Assembly (NCBI GenBank): GCA_964356795.1
Contig: CAYHIK010000006.1
Coordinates: forward strand, 10,286 to 70,648
DNA from: an uncultured Candidatus Saccharibacteria bacterium
GTDB taxonomy: Bacteria > Patescibacteriota > Minisyncoccia > 2-02-FULL-40-12 > GWA2-44-9
Length of the DNA stretch: 60,363 nucleotides
Reading direction: 5' to 3'
The notes below the pieces were generated by a model that was not told where the DNA came from, made no database searches, and saw only the letters and a program-made list of their open reading frames with translations. The position numbers were made by a program, and so were the translations under genes. Shown piece after piece: positions 35,060 through 44,619 of the stretch (positions within the stretch are counted from its first letter, which is position 1; the number at the start of each line of letters is the position of its first letter).

Positions 35060-35467
35060 ATGAGCACGCAGAAGATCCAGGAGATCGATCCGTTCTACAC
35101 AGCAATCGTGGATGCCATCATGACGCTCTCGCGCACGCGCATCGCCAAGGGTGGCGAGAGCCTCGTCCCTCGGCCGAAGGCCGCGCTCCGCATCGTGGAC
35201 AGCGAGCTCGTCGACGTCACGACGGCTCGTGTGATGATCAAGTGCACCACGTGGCGCCAGATGTATGTCCTGCTCGAACTCCACGACACCAATCCCGGCG
35301 ACGACAACTGGCTCGCCTGGGGTCCTGTCGAAATCAACAACGAATTCGACAGCTCGACGCGAAAGCGCATCGACATCAAGCGCTACATCTACCCCAGCTT
35401 CGTCCGAAGCACCGTGGGTCAGCCGATGCGACTCCGAGTGCGCCACGCGACTGCCGGTCCACGCTAA
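35060..35467 (+). CDS. Hypothetical protein
   Basis: Own promoter, CGGAGG RBS, terminator 35472-35502. Confidence 0.55.
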   Translation: MSTQKIQEIDPFYTAIVDAIMTLSRTRIAKGGESLVPRPKAALRIVDSELVDVTTARVMIKCTTWRQMYVLLELHDTNPGDDNWLAWGPVEINNEFDSSTRKRIDIKRYIYPSFVRSTVGQPMRLRVRHATAGPR

Positions 35468-35520
35468 CCCCCGTCCCCGCCATCATTGGCGGGGACGTTT
35501 TCATTCTGTATACTCCCCTC

Positions 35521-36048
35521 ATGCGCTTCGCCGATCGCTCACTTGCCATCACCGACATCGAAACCACAGGCCTCGATGCATCTGTGCACGAGATGCTCGA
35601 ACTCGCCGTTCTTATCGTGGACCAAAAGACGCTTCGTGTCCGAGACCAGTACCACGCACGCGTAAAACCACTCCACATCAAGACCGCCGCAAAGCGCGCA
35701 CTTGAAGTAGTCGGATACACTCCCACTGCCTGGAAATCCGCGATACCACTCGAAGACGCGATGCATGTATACGCGAAGAAAGCAGTAGATTCGATTTGCG
35801 TCTCCTACAATATCTTCCTCTGCTATTCATTCCTTGATGCGGGATTTAAAACTGCAGGCGTCGAAGATCCGACCGACTATCATCGGCTCGATATCTTTTC
35901 CCTTGCATGGTCGCGACTTGGCCCTGGGCCCGCGAATCTTGATAGTATTTGTCGGCGACTCGATATCATCCCCGAACCAAAGCCGCGTCGCGCCATGGAT
36001 GGCGCACTCAAACAGCTCGAAGTACTTCGAGCTCTCCTCTATCGATAA
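35521..36048 (+). CDS. DEDD-family 3'-5' exonuclease (DnaQ/epsilon-like)
   Basis: LAITDIETTGLD (Exo I) and a C-terminal RAMDGALKQL region (H replaced). ATG 35521. Confidence 0.65.
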   Translation: MRFADRSLAITDIETTGLDASVHEMLELAVLIVDQKTLRVRDQYHARVKPLHIKTAAKRALEVVGYTPTAWKSAIPLEDAMHVYAKKAVDSICVSYNIFLCYSFLDAGFKTAGVEDPTDYHRLDIFSLAWSRLGPGPANLDSICRRLDIIPEPKPRRAMDGALKQLEVLRALLYR

Positions 36049-36050
36049 CC

Positions 36051-36578
36051 ATGAGCAACAAACGCCTTCTCACCGCAACCATTCTTCTCATCAGTGGCCT
36101 CATCACGCAGTGGCTCGCCCAGCCCGATGCGCGCCACAATGATTTCGCACCCACCGTAACGCCTCGACCAGCACCCGATGGATTAGTCCGAGTTGTAAAA
36201 GTTGTCGATGGCGACACGATAGAAATCGAAAACGGGGAACACGTGCGCTACATCGGCATCAACACGCCGGAAACCGTAGATCCTCGGCGCGCACCACAAT
36301 GCTTCGGAAAAGAAGCATCGGACTACAACAAAGAGCTCCTCGAGGGCGGATTCGTACGCCTCGAGCGCGACATTAGCGACAAGGATAAATACGGCCGTCT
36401 ATTACGCTATGTGTATACCCCCGACGGCGCCATGGTAAACCTTACACTCGTCCGCAATGGCTACGCGCAGGTGAGCACCTACCCGCCCGACATCGCCCAC
36501 ACCAAAGAATTCACCGCCGCACAGGCGCAAGCCCGCACAGAAGGACTCGGATTATGGTCAGCCTGCCCAGCGAAATAG
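36051..36578 (+). CDS. Secreted thermonuclease (SNase) family nuclease
   Basis: VVDGDTIE, RYIGINTPET, DKYGRLLRYV, NGYA. Confidence 0.8.
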   Translation: MSNKRLLTATILLISGLITQWLAQPDARHNDFAPTVTPRPAPDGLVRVVKVVDGDTIEIENGEHVRYIGINTPETVDPRRAPQCFGKEASDYNKELLEGGFVRLERDISDKDKYGRLLRYVYTPDGAMVNLTLVRNGYAQVSTYPPDIAHTKEFTAAQAQARTEGLGLWSACPAK

Positions 36579-36647
36579 CGGTGATGAGCGCCTCTTCACA
36601 AAACAAAGGCCCTGTGGTATACTCGTCAGGCCTGATTTTTCAAAGAC

Positions 36648-37208
36648 TTGGCTATTAGAGACCTTCGCGTAAACCATCAGATCCGAATCCCCGAAGTGCA
36701 AGTCATCGACACCGATGGCAAGCAGCTGGGAATCATGAAGACGTTTGACGCGCTGCGACTCGCAAAGGAGCGTGAACTCGACCTCGTCGAAGTTGGCGCT
36801 ACATCGGTCCCACCGATTACCAAGATTATGGACTATGGAAAGTACATGTACACCAAGTCCAAAGAGGCGAAGGCACGACCAAAGGTCAAAGAACAGCTTA
36901 CCAAAGCAGTCCGCGTCGGATTCAAAACTGGCATTCACGACTTACTCTTCAAGGCAAAGAAAGCCGATGAGTTCTTGAATGAAGGTCACTGGGTCAAGGT
37001 AGAGCTCACCCTCCGCGGTCGCGAGAAAGCATTCGCAGAGCGTGGACGAGTTCAACTCGAGACGTTCCTCACCAAGCTTTCTGTGCCATTTACCCGTCAG
37101 CGCGAGCCAATGCGCGGCCCCTATGGATGGGTCCTCGTTATTCAAAAAGACAAGAAAGCGACACCGAAACCAATCACCGAACCACATGCCGAAAACACAC
37201 AAAAGTAA
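36648..37208 (+). CDS. infC: Translation initiation factor IF-3
   Basis: IRIPEVQVIDTDGKQLGIM, DLVEV, PPITKIMDYGKYMY. No ATG; the candidates are TTG 36648 or ATT 36654. Confidence 0.9.
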   Translation: MAIRDLRVNHQIRIPEVQVIDTDGKQLGIMKTFDALRLAKERELDLVEVGATSVPPITKIMDYGKYMYTKSKEAKARPKVKEQLTKAVRVGFKTGIHDLLFKAKKADEFLNEGHWVKVELTLRGREKAFAERGRVQLETFLTKLSVPFTRQREPMRGPYGWVLVIQKDKKATPKPITEPHAENTQK

Positions 37209-37404
37209 CCGATCACTTGCAAAGCGCGTAAAGATTACCGGAACCGGTAAAATCCTAAAGCGCCAGCAGGGACAGAGCCATTTCAATGCAAAAGAAAGTG
37301 GACGCACCGGCCTCCATAAGCGTGGCCAGAAGCTGTCCCCTGTACAGTTTGCGAAGAGCTTCCAGGCATTGATGCCCGCACGTCGTATTTCTTCAAAGCA
37401 ATAA
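37186..37404 (+). CDS. rpmI: 50S ribosomal protein L35
   Basis: MPKTHKSNRSLAKRVKITGTGKILKRQ. Overlaps the infC end. Confidence 0.85.
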   Translation: MPKTHKSNRSLAKRVKITGTGKILKRQQGQSHFNAKESGRTGLHKRGQKLSPVQFAKSFQALMPARRISSKQ

Positions 37405-37414
37405 TCGTACACCC

Positions 37415-37756
37415 ATGACCAGAGTTAAACGAGGAACAGTCGCCCATGCCCGTCGCAAACGCCTTCTCAAAAATACGAAGGGTTTTAAGTGGGGCCGTAA
37501 ATCAAAATTCCGTGCAGCAAAAGAAGCGTTGCTCCATGCATGGTCATTCCAGTTCGCCGATCGCAAAAAGAAAAAGCGCACCATGCGTCGCCTCTGGACC
37601 GTCCGCGTAGGCGCCGCCTCTCGCGAGCAGGGTCTCTCCTACTCAAGGATGATTGCCCAGCTCAAAGTGGCTCGCATCGAACTCGACCGCAAGGTGCTCT
37701 CCGAGATTGCAGGCCAACACCCCGAGGTGTTCCAGCAAATCCTCGCAGTGCGCTAG
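37415..37756 (+). CDS. rplT: 50S ribosomal protein L20
   Basis: MTRVKRGTVAHARRKRLLK. Confidence 0.9.
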   Translation: MTRVKRGTVAHARRKRLLKNTKGFKWGRKSKFRAAKEALLHAWSFQFADRKKKKRTMRRLWTVRVGAASREQGLSYSRMIAQLKVARIELDRKVLSEIAGQHPEVFQQILAVR

Positions 37757-37840
37757 CCATCACATCAAAACACGACCTTGACCGGTCGTTTTTTGATTGC
37801 TATCGTCCCCTCGTTCGTTCTTTATTACAGGGAGGCCTCA

Positions 37841-38296
37841 ATGCGTCAGTTCTTGGTGTATCTCGCCGGACCCATCAGTGGCACAAGCTATGGAGAAAGC
37901 ACGGGGTGGCGCGAGCACGTTTCTGCTCAATTCCCACCTCACATCGTCGGCGTATCCCCCATGCGAGGGAAGCGGTACCTGTCGCAGGAAAAGCATATCG
38001 CGGATTCCTACGGCACCGCGCTCTCTTCGCAGAAGGGCATCACGTGTCGCGACCGGATGGACGTCATGCGCTCTGACCTCGTGCTCGTGAACCTTCTCGA
38101 CGCGCAAAAGGTCTCCATCGGAACCGTAATGGAAATTGCGTGGGCCGACGCATGGCGCAAGCCACTCGTCATTGTGATGGGCGAGCATAACATGCACTGG
38201 CACGCCATGATTCGTGAAGTGGCGGGCTTCATCGTGCCAACGCTCGACGAAGCAATCGCAATCACGTCCGCCGTCCTCTCGCCGACCATCGACTAG
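37841..38296 (+). CDS. Nucleoside 2-deoxyribosyltransferase-like protein
   Basis: VYLAGPISG N-terminus, GTVMEIAWA. GGGAGG upstream of ATG 37841. Confidence 0.55.
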   Translation: MRQFLVYLAGPISGTSYGESTGWREHVSAQFPPHIVGVSPMRGKRYLSQEKHIADSYGTALSSQKGITCRDRMDVMRSDLVLVNLLDAQKVSIGTVMEIAWADAWRKPLVIVMGEHNMHWHAMIREVAGFIVPTLDEAIAITSAVLSPTID

Positions 38297-38326
38297 AGAA
38301 TTCCCCCGCAATGTGCGGGGGAATTT

Positions 38327-38764
38327 TTATGACTGCTCTTCGTGTATCTCAAAGCCAAGCTGGCGTACCATCGCTAAGTACTCACCCCGCTCGGGAGTGT
38401 CCTGCTCGCTTTCGTGTCGTGCGGAAAATCGCACAGAGCCGTCACTGAATACATAATATCGATGGCCAACCCGCCCATTAATCGTATAAATCTTTCGTGG
38501 ATGATTTTCGGGCATATCCCTTGAAGCCAACTTCTCCATCGCACCGACCACACTCTCATGCGCAACGCGCTCAATGTCTTGTCGAGTCGCAGGTTCAATC
38601 CGCGAGACCTCTTCAGATAATTCCTGCTGGTGTGCAAGCCATGCTGGCCCTTCGATGCGCGCAATCGCCTCAACGGTGCCCATGGGATTGGTGCGTAAAT
38701 TCATGTGCGCTGCTTTTTCTTGGACCGGTGGCGGCGCGTGTTGTTGTTCGGGTGAATTCGGCAT
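38327..38764 (-). CDS. Hypothetical protein
   Basis: 145-aa ORF; a shared bidirectional terminator lies at 38298-38328. Confidence 0.45.
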   Translation of the reverse strand: MPNSPEQQHAPPPVQEKAAHMNLRTNPMGTVEAIARIEGPAWLAHQQELSEEVSRIEPATRQDIERVAHESVVGAMEKLASRDMPENHPRKIYTINGRVGHRYYVFSDGSVRFSARHESEQDTPERGEYLAMVRQLGFEIHEEQS

Positions 38765-38841
38765 ACACCCATCATATCCTGTGATTCCAGGTACACAAGT
38801 TGAATATTGCGAAAATTATGGTAAAATTCGATGTTGTCAAT

Positions 38842-38913
38842 GGCCCTATCGTCTAACGGTTAGGACACCACCCTTTCACGGTGGTAATCGGGGTTCGATT
38901 CCCCGTAGGGCTG
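38842..38913 (+). tRNA. tRNA-Glu(UUC)
   Basis: GGCCCUA..CCACC-CUUUCAC-GGUGG..CGGGG-UUCGAUU-CCCCG-UAGGGCU-G. Confidence 0.85.
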
Positions 38914-38933
38914 CAAATTATCTAGGACACTCT

Positions 38934-39431
38934 ATGGCAGGCAATGTAATCTATCCGCCAAAACACGAAGAGACTCGAGAGCCAATTATTTTTCTTGCTG
39001 GTCCGATTCAAGGAGCGCCAGATTGGCAGAAAGAGGCCATAAAAATAATTCATTCCCTTCGCCCAGATGTCTATATCGCTAACCCTCGACGGGATTATCT
39101 AGACGGAGAATTTGTTTACGAAAAGCAAGTAGATTGGGAGACAGAATATCTTAACAAAGCAGCAAATAATGGAGCTATCATATTTTGGCTTGCTAAAGAA
39201 CTTAAACACGATTGTGAAAGAGCATATGCACAAACTTCTAGATTCGAAATTGCAGAGTGGAAGACAAGATATGAAAAATCAAAGTTCAATCTGATTATCG
39301 GTATTGAAGACGGCTTTACTGGTGGTCGCTACATAAAGCGCAGAGTTTCACAGGATTGCCCCGATATTAAAATACTAGATAATTTAGAAGAAGTTTGTCG
39401 GAATGCTTTGGAGCACGTATTTCCATCTTAA
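38934..39431 (+). CDS. Nucleoside 2-deoxyribosyltransferase-like protein, AT-rich paralog
   Basis: IIFLAGPIQGAPDW. Starts 20 nt after tRNA-Glu. Clearly lower GC than its neighbours. Confidence 0.55.
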   Translation: MAGNVIYPPKHEETREPIIFLAGPIQGAPDWQKEAIKIIHSLRPDVYIANPRRDYLDGEFVYEKQVDWETEYLNKAANNGAIIFWLAKELKHDCERAYAQTSRFEIAEWKTRYEKSKFNLIIGIEDGFTGGRYIKRRVSQDCPDIKILDNLEEVCRNALEHVFPS

Positions 39432-39483
39432 GATAGTCTCCTCTATTGTGTTCCACCCTAGAGACTTGTAGGCTGCAAACGTC

Positions 39484-40533
39484 ATGAAGATTGCCGCAAT
39501 TGAAACGTCGTGCGACGAGACCGCGGTCGCGGTCATCGAAATATCCGATGACCGCCTTGCTGTGCTCTCAAATGTCATCTCGAGCCAAATTGCGATGCAC
39601 GAAAAATTCGGAGGGGTCGTGCCCGCGCTTGCGGCACGTGAGCACGCAGTCAACATCGGCCCCGTATTTGCTGCGGCGATGAAATCAGCGGGTATCACCG
39701 ACCCCTCACGCGAGCTCGATAGTCTTGCAGTTACTCGTGGCCCAGGCCTCGGACCCGCCCTCCTTGTGGGGCTCACGTTTGCGCGCACCATGGCGTGGAA
39801 GCTCGGTCTACCCCTCGTTGGCGTCGACCACATGGATGGCCATGTGCACTCCAACTGGCTCGGACGAGAATCTATGCCCACCAACCTCTTCCCCGCATTG
39901 AATCTGATTGTATCAGGCGGACACACCGACCTCGTCCTCATGCGCGACCACGGAGCGTATGAAATCATCGGAGAAACCCAAGACGACGCCGTCGGCGAGG
40001 CGTTCGACAAAGTCGCACGCCTCATTGGATTCTCATACCCCGGCGGACCAAAAGTTTCCAAGGCGGCGCTCACTGGAAATCCAAACGCATACCCGCTTCC
40101 TCGCCCCATGCTTCATTCTGATAATCTCCACTTCTCATACAGTGGACTCAAGACCGCGGTCCTTTATCTTATCCGTGACATCACCGGCGGAACACGAGAA
40201 CTCACCGATACTGAAAAGTCCGACATCGCCGCATCATTCCAAGAAGCCGCCATCGACGTGCTCATACAAAAAACAAAACGCGCAGTGGGCCTGCACGACG
40301 TGCAAACAGTCATGCTTTCTGGTGGCGTGAGCGCAAACACGCTCCTCCGCGAACGACTCACATCGCTCGGCGCATCGCTCGGCGTGCAATGCGTCATCCC
40401 CGCCCTCGAATACACCACCGACAACGCCGCAATGATTGCGGTCGCTGGGTATTATGCGTTCCAGAAAAAAACAACCGCCTCCTCATGGGAAGCGGTTCGT
40501 ATGGATGCTAACCTTCGTCTGGGGGCGGAGTAA
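39484..40533 (+). CDS. tsaD: tRNA N6-adenosine threonylcarbamoyltransferase
   Basis: IAAIETSCDETAVAV, HM.GH, SGGVSAN. Confidence 0.9.
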   Translation: MKIAAIETSCDETAVAVIEISDDRLAVLSNVISSQIAMHEKFGGVVPALAAREHAVNIGPVFAAAMKSAGITDPSRELDSLAVTRGPGLGPALLVGLTFARTMAWKLGLPLVGVDHMDGHVHSNWLGRESMPTNLFPALNLIVSGGHTDLVLMRDHGAYEIIGETQDDAVGEAFDKVARLIGFSYPGGPKVSKAALTGNPNAYPLPRPMLHSDNLHFSYSGLKTAVLYLIRDITGGTRELTDTEKSDIAASFQEAAIDVLIQKTKRAVGLHDVQTVMLSGGVSANTLLRERLTSLGASLGVQCVIPALEYTTDNAAMIAVAGYYAFQKKTTASSWEAVRMDANLRLGAE

Positions 40534-40954
40534 TCTTCAGAGCGCGAAGCTCTTTTCGAAGTCGCCACAACGACTTCAACTGCTCGAAAAAGCTCGGCGG
40601 GGGCTCCCCGCCACGCTCCTCATAGAAGCGCTCCTGCGTGAGCGGAATACGGGCGTCACACGCGTCGCAGCTCATATACAGCGTCATACCGTGCAGATAG
40701 TCGACAGCGTATGCGCCACAGTTCGGGCACAGGAACAAGTAGAACATTGCGTGCCCACGCCATAAGTGCATCGTATGGTGTCCAAGCTCGAGAATCGAAT
40801 CCTCCCATGAGCCGAATCCGAGACCACGTAGAATTGCTTGCGGGCGTGTTTCCACGACTGCACGGCGTTGTGCCTCCGTGGTGCGAATGTATGACGTGCT
40901 AGGAATATACGCACACTCTCCACACGCCTTCGCGTCATGCGGTTCGTAGGCCAT
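40508..40954 (-). CDS. Cys-rich hypothetical protein
   Basis: CGEC, CPNCG, CDACD and a His cluster ELGHHTMH. Confidence 0.45.
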   Translation of the reverse strand: MAYEPHDAKACGECAYIPSTSYIRTTEAQRRAVVETRPQAILRGLGFGSWEDSILELGHHTMHLWRGHAMFYLFLCPNCGAYAVDYLHGMTLYMSCDACDARIPLTQERFYEERGGEPPPSFFEQLKSLWRLRKELRALKITPPPDEG

Positions 40955-41015
40955 TGAAAAACCTCGCTTTTTTGCGTACTATCGATTGATATACCTTACC
41001 CAAGAGAATCTGTCC

Positions 41016-43226
41016 ATGATTGAACTTCCCAAAAACTACGAACCCGCTTCAGCAGAGCCAGCGATTTATGGTCGCTGGATTGCGAGCGACTTCTTCCGCC
41101 CCGAAGCATGCATCGAAGCGGGCGTCACACCGCAGGACGCACCGCCCTATACCATCATCATGCCACCCCCAAATGTAACGGGCGTTCTCCATATGGGTCA
41201 TGCAATGATGCTCACCATTGAAGATATCCTCATCCGATTTGCGCGTATGCGAGGCCACCGCACGCTCTGGCTCCCTGGGACTGACCACGCCGCAATCGCG
41301 ACGCAATCCGTTGTTGAAAAAGATATCTACAAAAAAGAAGGCAAGAGTCGCCACGACTTGGGCCGTGAAGAACTCCTTCGTCGCATCACCGAATTCGCCA
41401 CCAAGAGCCACGCCACCATCACTGAACAAATCAAAGTAATCGGAGCATCCTGTGACTGGTCACGAGAAGCATTCACACTCGACGAGCAGCGCAATCTTGC
41501 GGTGCGCACTATGTTTAAGCGGATGTATGATGCGGGACTCATCTATCGCGGAAACCGAATCATCAACTGGGACCCGAAAGGACAGACCACCATTTCCGAC
41601 GATGAGATTGTATATGAGGAGCGCCCCGCAAAGCTCTACACCTTCCGCTACGCAAAAGATTTTCCCATTCCCATCTCTACCACACGCCCCGAGACAAAAG
41701 TCGGCGATACCGCTGTCGCTGTGCATCCCGACGATACCCGCTATGCACAATACATCGGCAAGGAATACGACGTCACATTCTGTGGAGTTCCCCTCCATAT
41801 CAAAGTCGTAGCAGACTCTGCCGCCGATCCCGCGTTCGGCACGGGCGCGGTTGGCGTCACCCCCGCGCACAGCATGACTGACTGGGACATCGCACAGCGC
41901 CACAACCTCCCCGCGCCACAAGTCATCAATGAATTCGCCCGCATGGCAGTGGATGCGCCAGAGCTCAAAGATAAAAAAGTTCTCGAAGCACGAGAAATTG
42001 TGGTGGCATGGCTTACCAGCGAGGGCCTTCTCGAAAAAGAAGAAACAACCACGCAGAACGTCGCCACCGCAGAACGCACGGGAGGCATCGTGGAGCCACT
42101 CCCGAAACTCCAATGGTTCATCGACGTGAATAAAAAATTCACCATCCCGCAGTCATCAATCGAGGGCATTCCATCGGGCTCCGAGACGACGCTCAAGGAA
42201 CTCATGCGCTCGGCAGTTGGGAATGATCAGATTTCAATTACTCCAGAGCATTTTGGAAAAACCTACTTCCATTGGATTGATCATCTTCGCGATTGGAGTA
42301 TTAGTCGCCAGATTTGGTACGGCCACCGCATTCCCGTGTGGTACCGTGGCGACGAGTTGCATTGCGATGTAGATGCGCCACAGGGTGACGGCTGGGAGCA
42401 AGACCCCGATACGCTCGACACATGGTTCTCTTCCGGTCTATGGACGTTCTCAACGCTTGGATGGCCTAATGAAACCAAAGACCTTCAAATCTACCATCCT
42501 ACCGATGTACTTGAGACTGGATACGAAATTCTATTCTTCTGGATTGCGCGCATGATTCTCATGACAGGATTCGCGCTCGGTACCGTTCCGTTCCGTGCAG
42601 TGTATCTCCATGGTACCGTCCGCGATGCGCAAGGACGGAAGATGTCAAAATCGCTTGGCAATGGAATCGACCCCATCGATGTTGCGCAGAAGTTTGGCGC
42701 TGATGCATGTCGCATGGCACTCGTGGTTGGCAACACGCCGGGCACCGATAGTCGTATCTCCGAAGATAAAATACGGGCATACAAATACTTCGCCAATAAA
42801 CTCTGGAACATCGCGCGCTTCGTGCTTATGAGTATTGGGGACGCTGACATTCGAGCGCTTGCTTCAGAACGCCCCACGCCCGCAACTGACGCCGATCGTG
42901 CCATCCTCGAGAAGCTCGACGACACCATCGCGCAAGTAACGAGCAATCTTGAACGCATGGTTATCCATGAGTCCGCAAATCAGGTCTACCAATTTGCGTG
43001 GCATGAACTCGCCGATGTCTACCTCGAAGCATCCAAGGGTCAGCTCACCGATGAGACGCAAAAAGCATCTACCGCTCATATGCTTATCTGGTGCCTTACC
43101 AATACCCTCAAGCTCATCCATCCGTTCGCTCCATTCGTGACCGAGGAGCTCTGGGGAAAGCTATACTCACTCGAACCAAAAGATTTACTCATGGTTCAGC
43201 GCTGGCCCACGGCACGCTCGAAGTAA
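41016..43226 (+). CDS. valS: Valyl-tRNA synthetase (short form, no long C-terminal coiled coil)
   Basis: PPPNVTGVLHMGHA, KMSKSLGN. Confidence 0.9.
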   Translation: MIELPKNYEPASAEPAIYGRWIASDFFRPEACIEAGVTPQDAPPYTIIMPPPNVTGVLHMGHAMMLTIEDILIRFARMRGHRTLWLPGTDHAAIATQSVVEKDIYKKEGKSRHDLGREELLRRITEFATKSHATITEQIKVIGASCDWSREAFTLDEQRNLAVRTMFKRMYDAGLIYRGNRIINWDPKGQTTISDDEIVYEERPAKLYTFRYAKDFPIPISTTRPETKVGDTAVAVHPDDTRYAQYIGKEYDVTFCGVPLHIKVVADSAADPAFGTGAVGVTPAHSMTDWDIAQRHNLPAPQVINEFARMAVDAPELKDKKVLEAREIVVAWLTSEGLLEKEETTTQNVATAERTGGIVEPLPKLQWFIDVNKKFTIPQSSIEGIPSGSETTLKELMRSAVGNDQISITPEHFGKTYFHWIDHLRDWSISRQIWYGHRIPVWYRGDELHCDVDAPQGDGWEQDPDTLDTWFSSGLWTFSTLGWPNETKDLQIYHPTDVLETGYEILFFWIARMILMTGFALGTVPFRAVYLHGTVRDAQGRKMSKSLGNGIDPIDVAQKFGADACRMALVVGNTPGTDSRISEDKIRAYKYFANKLWNIARFVLMSIGDADIRALASERPTPATDADRAILEKLDDTIAQVTSNLERMVIHESANQVYQFAWHELADVYLEASKGQLTDETQKASTAHMLIWCLTNTLKLIHPFAPFVTEELWGKLYSLEPKDLLMVQRWPTARSK

Positions 43227-43247
43227 CTCGTGGTATACTGAAGTGGC

Positions 43248-43979
43248 ATGGATTCGATTGGCATGTATATGCTCCTCGTTACTATCGGGGTACTTCCGAG
43301 CTTAATTTGGCTTGCCTACTGGCTTCGCAAAGACGCACACCCAGAACCCAAAGTGCTCATCACCAAGGTGCTCCTCCTTGGCATCATCCTCTCCCCGCTC
43401 GCGATTATCTTTCAACTCCTGTTTGTGCAGTTCATTGCTCGACTCTTCGGACTCCCATCCTCCACACTCTCTGATGGTCCGATGTTCTACCTCTGGGCCG
43501 CATTCGTCGAGGAATTAGTGAAATACGCTGCAGTTTATTTCATTGTGCTTCGCTCGCCTGATTTCGACGAGCCTGTTGACGCGATGATTTACATGCTGAC
43601 CGCCGCGCTCGGCTTTGCAGCCATGGAAAACATTCTCGTCATCAATCGAGTCGCCGCCGACGGCATCGCTGCCACCGTCGGCATCTGGAGCCTCCGATTC
43701 GCGGGCGCCACGCTTCTGCATGCACTCTCTTCGGCGCTCTTAGGATACTTCATCGCACTCGCGTGGTACTACTACGAGAAGCGGAAATCGCTCTTCGCCG
43801 TTGGCCTCGCGCTTGCCACGGTATTCCATTGGTCATTTAATCTGTTCATCTCGCAAATGCATAAATCAGTCAGCTTAGTGTTCTCAACTCTCCTGTTGAT
43901 GATTATGGCCTTCCTGATATCTTCATTGTTTGATAAAATAAAGGAACGAGAAGGGCAGGTAACCCCGACCGTTGTTTGA
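43248..43979 (+). CDS. prsW: PrsW-family intramembrane protease
   Basis: AAFVEELVKY and HALSSALLGY motifs; multi-TM. Confidence 0.7.
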   Translation: MDSIGMYMLLVTIGVLPSLIWLAYWLRKDAHPEPKVLITKVLLLGIILSPLAIIFQLLFVQFIARLFGLPSSTLSDGPMFYLWAAFVEELVKYAAVYFIVLRSPDFDEPVDAMIYMLTAALGFAAMENILVINRVAADGIAATVGIWSLRFAGATLLHALSSALLGYFIALAWYYYEKRKSLFAVGLALATVFHWSFNLFISQMHKSVSLVFSTLLLMIMAFLISSLFDKIKEREGQVTPTVV

Positions 43980-43983
43980 ACTC

Positions 43984-44388
43984 ATGCCCACCATGTTTAA
44001 CGAAGAAGAACTCGACATCCAGCTCGCTACCACACGAAAGCAACCCCAGGATCAACCCGAGGGCACATTAACCGTTGATGTCTACCGCGACGATGGCGAT
44101 ATTGTCATTCAATCAACCATCGCGGGTGCTACGGCGCAGGATATCGACATCAGTATCCTCAACGACATGGTCACCATCAAGGGAAATCGCCAGCCCGACT
44201 CTAAGATTCGCCCACAAGACTACTTTTACCAAGAGCTCTACTGGGGCCCATTCTCACGCACCATCATCCTCCCCGAAGAAGTTGATGCCGACGCCTCCAA
44301 GGCAAGCATGAAGAATGGCATCCTCACCATTCGCCTCCCCACCCTCGAAAAGGCCAAGACCAAACGCCTGAAGATAGAGTTGAAATGA
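43984..44388 (+). CDS. Hsp20/alpha-crystallin small heat-shock protein
   Basis: GTLTVDVY..GDIVIQS.IAG, GILTIRLP. Confidence 0.8.
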   Translation: MPTMFNEEELDIQLATTRKQPQDQPEGTLTVDVYRDDGDIVIQSTIAGATAQDIDISILNDMVTIKGNRQPDSKIRPQDYFYQELYWGPFSRTIILPEEVDADASKASMKNGILTIRLPTLEKAKTKRLKIELK

Positions 44389-44606
44389 CGGAACAGCAAA
44401 ACAAAGAAGCAATAGTGGAGCCCTCACATGAGCCACTGTTCACGTCGACGATTCACGAACGGAGTCAAGCGCAGATTTTATCTGGAGCAATGCCATTTGA
44501 GGTAGAGCTAAGAGACAAGTCGGGGCTCGTCGTGCGAGCCGAGGGCGCAACCCTTGAGGATGCGTGGCGCGAGCTCGACAAAAAGATAGCCAGCTCGACA
44601 AACTAA
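44385..44606 (+). CDS. Hypothetical small protein
   Basis: ATGA overlap with hsp20. Confidence 0.4.
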   Translation: MTEQQNKEAIVEPSHEPLFTSTIHERSQAQILSGAMPFEVELRDKSGLVVRAEGATLEDAWRELDKKIASSTN

Positions 44607-44619
44607 TCATTACACCTTG

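Noticed and set aside
34667-35446. 259-aa minus-strand ORF, and the N-terminal 156 aa of plus ORF 35053-36048
   Set aside because: These are GC-rich shadow frames overlapping ORFs that have a promoter, SD and terminator (34760-34993, 35060-35467). The exonuclease motif begins only after ATG 35521.
39384-40109. 241-aa minus ORF, and other long antisense ORFs (49393-50148, 23143-23709, 15539-16192, 41460-42113, 21950-22567)
   Set aside because: Each lies antisense to a gene with unmistakable family motifs (tsaD, gyrA, htrA, rdgB, valS, proteasome beta-like).
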